From Folioceros fuciformis (taxonomy: Eukaryota), in the NCBI GenBank assembly GCA_049999805.1, contig JBNGIO010006370.1, forward strand, positions 1 to 44,328: 44,328 nt of DNA. The letters are read 5' to 3'. The translations under genes were made by a program, and so were the position numbers. The notes beneath the pieces were generated by a model that made no database searches, had not been told where the DNA came from, and saw nothing but the letters and a program-made list of their open reading frames with translations. This document shows, one piece after another, positions 9,790 to 20,860 of the stretch (position 1 is the first letter of the stretch; the number at the start of each line of letters is the position of its first letter).

Positions 9790-11850
9790 ATTATCATTGT
9801 CACAAAAGGGTGTACCCCTTTTTGTGACAATGGTAACACTACTGGCGGGATAGTGGATTTGCCTCGACGGTGTCCGATGCCCACAGTCCGGGCCCGTAGG
9901 GTGGCTTGTCATCCTCTCCCAAGAGGTAGGGGAGGGGCCTCCCCCGCCGTAGGGGGTACAACTTGGGCCATGGCGACAATCCCTGCACTACCATCTTTAT
10001 CGCGATTATAAGATGTTTCCAGGGACCCACCCCCGGAGGTGCCTCTCCCCTTGGATTTCAATGCCATTTTTCCTATCTTGATTAAGAATCTTGGGGTTGA
10101 GGTCCTCCTCCTCATTGTACAGCCCGAAGAATACAACATCCTAGCGACCTACTTGAACTATACCGCTCTCGATATTCTAATCCCAATTCGCAGCGGTATT
10201 TACAAGGGATGACCAGAAAGGTCTGGAAACCCGACGTGGCGATAAAGGAACCACCATGCCAGTCGGGGTTTGGGACCAAGATAGACAATGGCCTCGACGA
10301 TCCCACTTCTGCCTGTGGGCCGCAAATGATGTGACCCTTTTTGTGACAATGGTAACACTATTGGCAGGACAGTAGAACTGCCTCGACAGTATCCGATGCC
10401 CACAGTCCGAGCCTGTGGGGCGGCTTATTGCCCTCTCCCACGTGGCAGGGGAGGGGCCTCCCCTGCCGCAGGGGGTACAACCTAGGCCGCGGCGACATGC
10501 CCTGCACTGCCATCTTCGTTGCGATTATAAGATGTTCCAGGGACAAACCTCTGGAGGGGCTCTCCCCTTAGATTTCAATGCCATTTTCCCTTATCTTGAT
10601 TAAGAATTTTGGGGTCGAGGTCCTCCTCCTCATTGTACCGCTCGAAGAATACAACATCCTAGCGACCTACTCGAACTATACCGCTCTCGATACTCTGATC
10701 CCAATCCGCAATGGTATTTATAAGGGACGACCGGAAAGGTCTGGAAACCGGACGCGGCGATAAAGGAACCGCCGCACTGGTTGGGGTTTAGGACCGAGAG
10801 AGACAATGGCCTAGATAATCCCACTTCCAGCTGTAGGCCACAAACGATGTGACCCTTTTTGTGACAATGGTAACACTACTGGCAGGACAATGGAGTTGCC
10901 TCGATGGCTTCTGATGCCCAAAGTCCGAGCCCGTGGGACGGCTTGTCGCCCTCTTCCAAGTGGCAGGGGAGGGGCCTTCCCTACCATAGGGAGTACAACC
11001 TGGGCCGCGGTGACATTCCCTACACTGCCATCTTTGTCACGATTATAAGATGTTTACAGGGACCAACCCCTGGAGATGCTCTCCCCTTGGATTTCAATGC
11101 CATTTTCCCCTATCTTGATTAAGAATCTCGAGGTCAAGGTCCTTCTCCTCATTGTACAGCTCGAAGAATACAACATCCCAGCGACCTACTCGAATTATAC
11201 CGCTCTCGATACTCTGATCTCAATCCGCAGTGGTATTTACAAGGGACGACCGGAAAGGTCTGGAAACCCGACACGGTGACAAAGGAATCGTCGCGCCGGT
11301 CGGGGTTTGGGACCAAGGTAGATAACGGCTTGGACGATCACACTTCCGCCTGTGGGCCGCAAACGATGTGACCCTTTTTGTGACAATGGTAACACTACTG
11401 GTGGGACAGTAGAACTGCCTCGACGGAGTCCGATGCCCACGGTCTGGGCCCGTGGGGTGGCTTGTCGCCCTCTCCCAGGTGGCAAGGGAGGGGCCTCCCC
11501 CGCCGCAGGGAGTACAACTAGGGTCGTGACGACATTCCTTGCACTACCATCTTTGTCGCGATTATAAAATGTTTCCAGGGACCAACCGCCAGAGGTGCTC
11601 TCCCCTTGGATTTTAACGCCATTTTCCCCTATTTTGATTAAGAATCTCGGGGTCAAGGTCCTCCTTCTCATTGTACCGCCCGAAGAATACAACGTCCCAG
11701 TGACCTACTCGAACTATACTGCTCTCGATACTGTGATCCCAATCTGCAGTGATATTTATATGGGACAACCGGAAAGGTCTGGAAACCCGCCACGGCGATA
11801 AAGAAACCGCCGTGCCGGTTGGGGTTTGGGATCGAGACAGACAACGGACT
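9790..11850. repeat. Tandem array of four ~519-bp diverged units
   Basis: Anchor CCCTTTTTGTGACAATGGTAACACTA recurs at about 9816, 10335, 10853 and 11372. Other blocks (GAAGAATACAAC, GAAAGGTCTGGAAACC) recur with the same period. Confidence 0.93.
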
Positions 11851-11867
11851 CTAAACCCTAAACCCTA
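11851..11867 (-). repeat. Interstitial telomeric repeat (CCCTAAA)n
   Basis: CTAAACCCTAAACCCTA at the right border of the array. Confidence 0.7.
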
Positions 11868-12250
11868 GGTACTGCAGGGGCGCCAGCGGGCCAATCGGCA
11901 CGGACGCCGTTGGATGCGAGCGCTAGCACGGGGCGCAGACGACGGGCGCCAGCACGGGAGTCGCGGATGCCGGGCGCCGGAGCGCCATAGCGCAGGTGCG
12001 GGCGACATGGGCGCGGACAACGTGAGTGCGGGCGACACGAGCGTGGTCGTCGGTGTGCGAACGACGCGGGGTAGCTGGGATCCCGGCCGCGAGGCGGCGA
12101 GATCTCAATCGGAGGATTTAGGCCCATCGTGTCGGCCTGAATTGAGGACAGCCGAATCGGAACGAGTTGTGAGGGTAACTTTCAGGATCTACATTACATT
12201 TCGACTGATTTCTAACTAGTCTTTTGCTTGATTTGCATCGATTTTGAATC

Positions 12251-14600
12251 ATGACGTCCTCAGAAAATGTTATGTTCAATATCGAGAAGTTAGATGGTAC
12301 TAACTTCCCGTTTTGGAAAGAACAAGTGTACAATGTTCTAATGCACAAGAAGCATATCAAGCCCATAAAGTTGCTAGGAGTGAAACCTGTTAGCATGACT
12401 TAGGATGAGTGGCAGGATCTAGATGAGCTTGCTAGGTCTACCATCATGCTAATATTATCGAAGTCGGTCTACTTCAATGTGAAAGACTAGACCACAAGTT
12501 ACGAGCTATGGCAGAAGTTGTGACCTGTGTGAGAAGCAAAGTGCGGCTTCTCAGGTGTACAAGTTGAAACAGCTGGTGGACTTGAAGATGAAGAAAGGGA
12601 CAAGGATGTCCGATCATCTAAATGAGTTCAATATCATTTTCAGCCAGCTCTCATCTCAAGGTATCTTGTTCCTAGATTCTGTGAGAGCTATGTTTATGTT
12701 GGTCACATTACTAGAGAGTTGGGACACCTTTTGTACAGCTCTGAGTAATTCCGCTCCTGCCAGTGGTCTTACCATTGTAAATGTAGAAGGTAGCCTGTTA
12801 ACAGAGGAGGTGAACAGGAAGAAATTTGGAACCTTCGAAAGGTTCCAATGCCCTCATGGTGAGAGGAAGGTCCACTTCAAAGGGGAAGTACAAGGAGCGA
12901 AGTCTTTCCCGTAGCAAATCTCGTAGTTGTAACAATGTTGAGTGTTACCATTGTCACAAAAAGGGTCACATCAAAAGGGACTGTGAGAAGTTCAAGAAGG
13001 ACAAAGGAAAGAGAAGAAGTAGAGCGACAACAAGGCAAGTCCGAGTATTAAGCATGATGAGGCGAATTATGTTGATGATGGAGATGTTTTTATCTCTTCT
13101 TCCTTTGATTATGCACAACTAACAGCCGTGGGGAGTCACTTATTCTCTAATTGGATAATTGGCTCTGGAGCATCTTTCCATGTTACTCCGCATAGGAAGT
13201 GGTTTAGCACCTATGATGCTACTCGGAAATGATGTGTTCGGCTTGGAAATAACTACGCATGCGAGATTGCAGGCGTTGGTGATGTGCAGCTAAAGTTTAA
13301 CAACGGATCTTCATTCATTTTGAAGGATGTTAGGCATGTTCCGAAGTTGACAAAAAGCATGATTATCGCAGGGTAGTTGGATGATGCTGGCTACCACTGT
13401 TGGTTTGGGGATCATTCTTGGAAGATCTCCAAAGGTTCTCTTGTGTTAGCTTGTGGATCGAAGTGTGGCACTTTGTACTCACTTCAGGTAACCACTGTCA
13501 AGGATCATGTGATTTGTGTAATGGAATAGCCAAGTGTTTCCTTGTGGCATTGTCGATTAGGACATATGTCTCAAAAAGGAATGAAGATCTTATCTCGTTT
13601 TGGTTACGTCCCTGCTTTTGACTTCTCCGATTTCTCCGTGTGTGAGCACTGTTTATATGGGAAACAGACGAAGTCACCACATAGAGCAAGAAGTAAACAC
13701 AAAAGTAAACCTCTTGAATTGGTTCACAGTGACGTTTGTGGACCTATGCCCATTGTATCATTAGGCGGTGCATCCTATTTTGTCACTTTTATAGATGATT
13801 TCTCACGCAAGGTGTGGGTTTATCCTTTGAGGAAAAAGGATGATGTTCTGATAGTGTTTCAGAAATTTGTCACTCTTGTGGAGAATCAGTCTGGCCTCCG
13901 ACTAAAGTGTCTAAGGACAGACAATGGGGGAGAGTATGTTTCGAAGGCTTTCCAGTCATTTTGTGATTCCAAGGGAATCCAGAGAGAATTGATTGCCCCG
14001 TATACTCCTCCCCAGAATGGTGTGGCTGAACGGATGAATAGGACCATCCAGGAGAGGATGTGTGGTTTGTTGTCAAACTCTGGATTGCCTAATGGATTTT
14101 GGGCAGAAGCAGTGGTTACTGCAGTGCATCTTATTAACAAATCTCCTAATAAGGTTGTGGATGAGTAGGTTCTCGAGGAGATGTGGTCTGGAAAGAAGCC
14201 GTCATACAAGCATCTGCGAGTGTTTGGCTGCGAGGCATGTTACCATGTTCTGAAGGAGTTTCGGGACAAATTGGCTCCCAAGTCAAGAAAATGTATTTTT
14301 CTTGGCTATGGTGAATTTGGTGAGATGGGATACCGTCTATGGGATCCAGAGGCCAAGAAGGTTGTTTGCAGCAATGACATGTTCTTCAATGAGACCAAGA
14401 TGCACAAGAAGCCTACTCCAACTGTGGAGGTGGGACGGGTGGTCTTCTAAGAGGATGGACTTGACCGTCCCGCGCAGGTTGAACGTTATGATGTGCAGGA
14501 ACCAGTTCCTCCACTGGTAGAAGAGGAGAGAGTGCAACCAGCTCCGGTCGAGGTGCCTGTGCTTCATAGGTCAAGATTCACATCCTCCTGACAGGTATGT
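12251..14600 (+). mobile_element. Decayed Ty1/copia (Tnt1-like) gag-protease-integrase region
   Basis: gag start IEKLDGTNFPFWK; zinc knuckle CYHCHKKGHIKRDC; protease WIIGSGASFH (catalytic D replaced by G); WHCRLGH..CEHC; integrase LVHSDVCGP, RTDNGGEY, PQNGVAERMNRTI; HLRVFGC, GYRLWDP. Several stops and frameshifts. Confidence 0.95.
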
Positions 14601-14731
14601 GTATGTAAGAGATCTTTTCACAATAGGTGCAAGAGTGCTGTCCTCTCCTTTAGGGCATCCTCTTGACAGGTATGTGTATGTAAGAGATCTTTTCACAATA
14701 GGTGCAAGAGTGCTGTCCTCTCCTTTAGGGC
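14581..14731. repeat. 75-bp tandem duplication at the point where the copia sequence breaks off
   Basis: CATCCTC(C/T)TGACAGGTATGTGTATGTAAGAGATC...CTCCTTTAGGG occurs twice. Confidence 0.9.
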
Positions 14732-15394
14732 ACCACTGTTTGCGTAGGCCCTTATAGGGCGAGCAAATGTAAGTAGTGGGACTTCGAAGATAGATCACAT
14801 TATGGTGTCGTGAGCTACTTGCTCAAGAGCATTTCTCTATGCAAAATATTTAAGTTTCCACGAACTTAGTATTGTTACAAATATGTGTCGATTTGGACTT
14901 AAGAGGTTAGTAAACTAATAAGCCCTATAAAACGTGGATGGAAGATACAAAAGTGTGTCGCATGCCTAGGAAATGGCTCCAACTGTTATAGCACTACGAA
15001 CCCGTGCCTCTGATGAAGGCCTAAACTGTGTCCACCAAGATAACATTCGAGGAGGACATCCCCTTGATGTGATTGGTATGCCAGACTTACTACAGACTTC
15101 TTGTTTGGTTTCGTCTGCTGTGCACGACTTAGTGAAAGGACGTAGTAAACGATCTTGTCGGAGACATAGAATCCGCTCTGCACAAAGCTGTTCGATCTAG
15201 GTGCCAAGGATGTGACAAGACGAACAACAATCTAATGATATGGTAGACTACGTTCCACTTGTTCGGTTTTGTGTCCTCTTGCCAATGGTACCCAACAGAG
15301 AAATGTCTGCACTCTTCTTCAAGGTGGTGCGGTCATATGCAGTACCTGGGCATCCTGCCACAGTCTGTTCTCGTTTTCCGGCGGGGGTCACTGA

Positions 15395-18300
15395 ATGATG
15401 GATACGATATGGCAACAGGACCCGTTGTGGATCCACCAAATTGGTCTGTGTCCAGGGATACTAGGAGGACGTCCTGCTCACCTCACATTAGGGAGTCAAC
15501 GCCCTGCAACCAACCAATCCTCCAGGAGCAGCGGTTGCACGAGCTCTGGACTTCCACTTCCGGGAAAATGGATGGGCGGGGATAGGGTTTCCAATGATGG
15601 TTGTCGCCAGGAGCAGGACCAGTTGTGGAAACATTTGATTCCGGACCCTACTATGTTGTTAGACACCAGACAAGAAACGAAACGCTCTCGTTCGCCTTAC
15701 CGTATGGGTAGGGGATCCGGCGAGGTCCTGCGCTCAAACAACAAGTTCAAGCCAGCTTGGGATGATGAGCAGCTCGTTTCCTTGGACATGCAGATCGGTC
15801 AGGGTGCCTCTCCTTCCGCGTCGAGGTCTCCGAATAAGCTTGAACCTGGGAGGGGTGCAGGATCTGAAATGGGCGTCGTAACGGCTGGGACAGTGAGCAA
15901 GTTGTGTCAGCAGGGGGAGCTCTCTGACGCCGTTGTAGCCCTGGAATCTCTGGTGCAGACAGACTCTGCTATATCTCGGTCTCTGTTTTACACCGTGCTA
16001 AAACTGTGTGCAGCTAAGAAAGATATGGCCGTGGGGCGACGAGTACATCAACTCATCGTCAAACTTGGGTGCGAGTCGAATGCATATCTGGGGAACCATA
16101 TCTTGCGCATGTATGCATCTGGAGGTAGGCTGCAGGAGGCCATGGATGTATTCACCCGGGTGGGCAAACCAGATGCCTTCATGTGGTATTCCATAATCTC
16201 TGCATATGCTAAACATGGGAAGCCCGAAGGGGCCATACAGCTATACCACGCGATGCGGAGGTCAGGGGTGAAGGCGAATGCTCACATCTTTGTAGCTGCC
16301 CTTCAAGCTTGTGCCTTTGCAGTCGACTTGGAATCTGGCAGAGAAGTGCACTGCGATGTGTTGCACAGTGGCATTCCTACCAACCTGTTTGTTGGCAACT
16401 GCCTGGTGGACATGTATGCAAAATGTGGTGAACTGCAGAATGCACGCCAGGTTTTTGAAAGCATGGGCGAAAAGGATGTGGTGACGTGGACGACGCTGAT
16501 TGCTGGATACACACAGGGAGGGCTCAGCCAAGAGGCTCTCGTTGTGTATGAACGAATGGATCGGGAAGGACTAATTGTTGCTAACCATGTTACTTTTGCT
16601 TGCCTTCTGAAGGCCTGTGCAAGCGTTGGTGCTTTGCAGAAAGGCAGGCAGCTGCACTCACAAATTGTAGAACGAGGACTGCTCGATAACGTACTAGTGG
16701 GCACCTGTCTGGTGGACATGTATGCAAAATGTGGCGAACTGGAAGATGCACGCAGTGTTTTCGACAGCATGGCCACAAAAACTATGGTGACATGGACGGC
16801 CCTGCTGGCTGGGTATGCGCAGCAAGGCTTCGGACATGCCGCACTTGGTGTGTATGGACTTATGGAGGAGGAGGGCCTTATTTTGGCTGACCACATTACT
16901 TTTGCTTGCCTTCTGAAGGCCTGTGCAAGTGTTGGCGCCTTACAGACGGGTAGGCATCTTCACTCGCAGATTGTGGAACGAGGACAGCTAGATAACGTGC
17001 TGGTGGGCAACTGCCTGGTGGACATGTATGCAAAATGTGGCGAATTGGAAGATGCACGAGATGTTTTTGACAGCTTGGCCACAAAGGATGTGGTAACATG
17101 GACCGCCCTGATATCTGGGTATGCCCAGCAGGGCCTTGGACATGAGGCACTTGTTCTGCACGGACGAATGGAACAGGAGGGGCTGATTTTGGCTAACCAT
17201 GTTACTTTTGCTTGCCTGCTGAACGCTTGTGCAAGCACGTGTGCCTTACAACAGGGCAAAAAGCTGCACTCTCAGGTTGTCGAAAGAGGACTGCTGGACA
17301 ACGTAGTGTTGGGCAACTGCCTGGTGGACATGTATTCAAAATGTGGTGAACTGGAAGAAGCACGCCAGGTGTTTGACGGCCTGGCAGAAAAGGATGTGGT
17401 GACATGGAATGCTCTGATATCTGGGTATGCACAGCAAGGCCTCGGCCAAGAGGCACTTGTTCTGTTTGGACAAATGGAGCAGGACGGGCTGATTTTGGCT
17501 AACCAGGTTACTTTTGCTTGCCTTCTGAAGGTCTGTGCAAGCTCTGGTTCCTTACAGAGGGGCAGGCAGCTGCACTCACAGATTGTTGAAAGAGGACTGC
17601 TGGATGGCGATGTAGCGTTGGGCAACTGCCTGGTGGATATGTATTCAAAATGTGGAGAACTAGAGGAAGCACGCCAGGTTTTTGACCGCTTGACCACAAA
17701 AGATGTGGTGACATGGACCGCCCTGATATCTGGTTACGGTAATTGTGATGAGGGTCACAAGGCATTAGCTTGTTTCGAGGATATGTTAGTTACTGGTATT
17801 CAGCCTAATGATACAACTTTTACTTGCCTTTTGGTAGCATGTAGTCATGGGGGACTAGTCCGGGAGGGTCGCAAGTACTTTGATTCCATGGCTGAACAGC
17901 ATGGCATCAAACCTACTATTGAGCATTACACTTGTATGATTGATCTTCTTGGGCGTGCTGGGCATTTAGATGAGGCAGAGAAGATGCTTTCCTTATGCGA
18001 GGCCCGAACTAATGTTGTGGGATTGACGTCTTTGTTGAATGCTTGCAAAAATCACGGGGATCTAGAGAGGGCGTTGTGGTGTTTTGAAAGCATTGTTAGG
18101 CTGGATCCTCAGTGGGCGTCTGCCTACGTGCTCATGGCCAATGCCTATGCAGATGCGGGTAGGTGGGCTGACGTGGACAGGATTGAGACACAGAGAATAG
18201 GCGCAGGAGCTAACAAGAAACCTGCAGTGGCGACCGTTGAAGTGAATAAGCAGGTGCATAGATTTCTGGTGGGAGACAGAAGCGAGGATATTGCGCTGAA

Positions 18301-18619
18301 GGTAGAGAGCACGAATGCACGTGTGAAGGAGGAAGGAGGTCATGTGCCTCACACAAAGTTGGTGTTAAAGCCAATGTGTGAGAAGGAAAAGGAAGACGCG
18401 CTTTGTGGGCATGCTGAGAAGCTAGCTCTGGCGTTTGGTCTGTTGAACACTCCGAGTGGGACACCTCTGGTGGTAACGAAGAATCTACGGATGTGCAGTG
18501 ACTGCCACAGTTCCACGGAGATCATGTCTAGGCTTGAACACAGGGACATTGTTGTGCGGGATGGGTACCGTGTACATCGGTTTGCAAACGGTTGTTGCAG
18601 TTGTAAAGATCGACCATGA
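15395..18619 (+). CDS. PLS-class PPR protein with E1/E2 and DYW:KP domain (ends ...CKDRP); candidate organellar U-to-C RNA editing factor
   Basis: 1074-aa intronless ORF with P-L-S triplets at a 306-bp period. KKPAVATVEV, HAEKLA, CSDCH, C-terminal DRP. Confidence 0.95.
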   Translation: MMDTIWQQDPLWIHQIGLCPGILGGRPAHLTLGSQRPATNQSSRSSGCTSSGLPLPGKWMGGDRVSNDGCRQEQDQLWKHLIPDPTMLLDTRQETKRSRSPYRMGRGSGEVLRSNNKFKPAWDDEQLVSLDMQIGQGASPSASRSPNKLEPGRGAGSEMGVVTAGTVSKLCQQGELSDAVVALESLVQTDSAISRSLFYTVLKLCAAKKDMAVGRRVHQLIVKLGCESNAYLGNHILRMYASGGRLQEAMDVFTRVGKPDAFMWYSIISAYAKHGKPEGAIQLYHAMRRSGVKANAHIFVAALQACAFAVDLESGREVHCDVLHSGIPTNLFVGNCLVDMYAKCGELQNARQVFESMGEKDVVTWTTLIAGYTQGGLSQEALVVYERMDREGLIVANHVTFACLLKACASVGALQKGRQLHSQIVERGLLDNVLVGTCLVDMYAKCGELEDARSVFDSMATKTMVTWTALLAGYAQQGFGHAALGVYGLMEEEGLILADHITFACLLKACASVGALQTGRHLHSQIVERGQLDNVLVGNCLVDMYAKCGELEDARDVFDSLATKDVVTWTALISGYAQQGLGHEALVLHGRMEQEGLILANHVTFACLLNACASTCALQQGKKLHSQVVERGLLDNVVLGNCLVDMYSKCGELEEARQVFDGLAEKDVVTWNALISGYAQQGLGQEALVLFGQMEQDGLILANQVTFACLLKVCASSGSLQRGRQLHSQIVERGLLDGDVALGNCLVDMYSKCGELEEARQVFDRLTTKDVVTWTALISGYGNCDEGHKALACFEDMLVTGIQPNDTTFTCLLVACSHGGLVREGRKYFDSMAEQHGIKPTIEHYTCMIDLLGRAGHLDEAEKMLSLCEARTNVVGLTSLLNACKNHGDLERALWCFESIVRLDPQWASAYVLMANAYADAGRWADVDRIETQRIGAGANKKPAVATVEVNKQVHRFLVGDRSEDIALKVESTNARVKEEGGHVPHTKLVLKPMCEKEKEDALCGHAEKLALAFGLLNTPSGTPLVVTKNLRMCSDCHSSTEIMSRLEHRDIVVRDGYRVHRFANGCCSCKDRP

Positions 18620-19088
18620 CAAGGAGAACTTCCCATCGCCCGAGCGTGTACGCCAGGGAACATTCATCTCTTCCGAGGGGTGGTATCGCCATCGATGTCG
18701 ACAGTGGGACAGCACAGCCAAATAGGGCAGGTTTGGCCTGCCTCACAGCTTTGAATGTTTCCCCTCTTTGTACATTACTGCTGTAAGGAAGGGCTGATTC
18801 AGGCGACAGATGCAACCTTCATGTGGTACATGTAGCTTCATATCTGAGATTCTGGGGGTAGACAAAGCTGAGTGAAGAGCAGGGGATATATCTGTCATGG
18901 CAGTATGACATGTCTGATGGTCCCTCGGCTGTTCACACCTGCGCATGCATACAAAGGACCTTGGCGTGTACCGTTACATTTCAGAGGCAACATGTTGTTC
19001 ACTCATGCCCGTAGGATTGTTACCTGAACATGTCGTTTCCTTTTAGGGATGGGGACTTTCCCGCGTTTCCCAGTGGGGTCCTCCTGAC

Positions 19089-19610
19089 AAAAGGTATCAT
19101 CGTCGCTGCCACACAGTTTCATTCAAAAGTATAATCGGCGCTGCCACACAGTTTCATTCAAAAGTATCATCGTCGCTGCCACACACACCTTCATCTTTCA
19201 AGTGCGTCTGATCTCTTTTCTTCGGCCCCAGATTGCATGTAAGGTCTGCCCCATTGGTCATCCTTCTTCCTTCCCGCTTGAACCTGAGGGTTTGTTTCAC
19301 TTAACCAATGCTTGGACTTCAGGGTTTGTTCCGCTTAACCAACGCTTGAACTTGAGGGTTTGCTCCGCTTAACCAACGCTTGAACTTGAGGGTTTTTTTT
19401 GCTTAATCAACTTCCTAAACCGCCTAAAGAGAACTTGAGGGTTTGTTTCACCTAACCAACTTCCTGTATTGCCTCTAAACAACTTTTGTTCGGCCTAACC
19501 AACTTCCTATACCACCTCTAAAGAACTTGAGGATTTGTTCGGCCTATCCAACTTCCTATACCACTAAAGAACTTGAGGGTTTGTTCGGCCTAACCAACTT
19601 TCTATACTGC
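19089..19610. repeat. Two adjacent short tandem repeat tracts (35 bp x3, then degenerate 34-50-bp units)
   Basis: AAAAGTATCATCGTCGCTGCCACACAGTTTCATTC x3 (19089-19187); GAACTTGAGGGTTTGTTC..CTAACCAAC repeated from about 19278 to 19610. Confidence 0.85.
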
Positions 19611-19959
19611 CCCTATTCTTTAAAGGATGCCCAGTTTGAGAACCTCACCTCTTCTCTCCCTCTTACCTTTTCCTTGCCTTTCAGTCCTCCCGAAAACTAG
19701 CTCTCCTCCCAAAAACTAGCTCTCTCAAGAAACCAAACTTGTTGGTATCTCTCTCAGAAACCAAACTTGTTGGTATGCAAAATCTTGCTTTTGGCTCCAA
19801 AAACAACTTGTTGGTATGCCCAATCCTACTCTTGGCTCCAAAACTTGGATTCTGTCCCAAGAGTCTCCCAGCCCACGCCCTCTTCCCATTTCTTGCGCCC
19901 AAATAAGTCCATTTGCCATGAGCTACAAACTACCTATTTATCATACACTTGGTCGCCTT

Positions 19960-20380
19960 TTGTCCCCTCTACCTACTAGGCTCAAAACGTGCAGACAATG
20001 TTTTTGTATCCTCTTCAAGCCTGGGAAACCAAGCCTTCTTGTTTATCTTTGCACTCATGTGTCTTTTAACCTCAAGATGATTATGGGCCATTTTCGGGTT
20101 GGCTCTCATCGTCTCATGGTTGAGACGGTTTGCCCAAAGCCCCCAAAGGAGTCTTAAATTTGCAGGTTATGCAAAAGGGATGTTGTTTCTTTGTCCCATA
20201 TATGAGGATATTAGACAAAATTTTGCACATTTATTTGAGGCAGCAAAATTTTCACTCATGAGATTCTTTTGTTTTCCGGATTCTATTACTATGAGAGTTT
20301 GGTTGAAACAAATGTGGGAGATGAGAACAAGACATATGCAACAGTTCAACCAAACGGAGCATACATTATGCTCAAAATAG
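19960..20380 (+). mobile_element. LINE ORF2 C-terminal remnant
   Basis: HFRVGSHRLMVET followed in another frame by LFLCPIYEDIRQNF, typical of the LINE C-terminal CCHC region. Confidence 0.6.
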
Positions 20381-20860
20381 CTGTTAAGTATCTTCTTTTT
20401 CTTTTCAATATCTGACAATTCAGTCCATGACAAAAATCCACTTAAATAAAACTCTTCTTCTTCAGTTACACTTCTTTTTTAAGAATATAAATAAAGAGGA
20501 AGAATTGACTCCTTCGCTAAACCCTAGACTCAGCTCTAATTGCTCGTTTAGGTTGCCCGGTTACGACTTGGAGAGGAGGTCTACAGCAACACGCTCCCCG
20601 CACACAGTACGAAAGAGCAGGAAATCCGGCAATTGGTATGGAACATTTGTCCTCGTTTTGCAAGCCGACGACAGCGGTAAACCAAAGGCTGCAGCAGCGG
20701 CCGATGTCATCAGCTGGACGCGGATGGATGTCCTGTGTCGGCGTCTCAGAATGCATAACCATAACCTAAGGATGAATCCAAGCAAGCGAGCACCTTCACG
20801 CCCAAGAGAAAACTTAATGCAAAACTCTCAAGCTTAATAATGGCCAGTTTTTCGTTCATC

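Noticed and set aside
9839-11801. Recurrent short ORFs within the 519-bp array
   Set aside because: Stops and frames differ among units and no domain is recognisable; they simply mirror the repeat.
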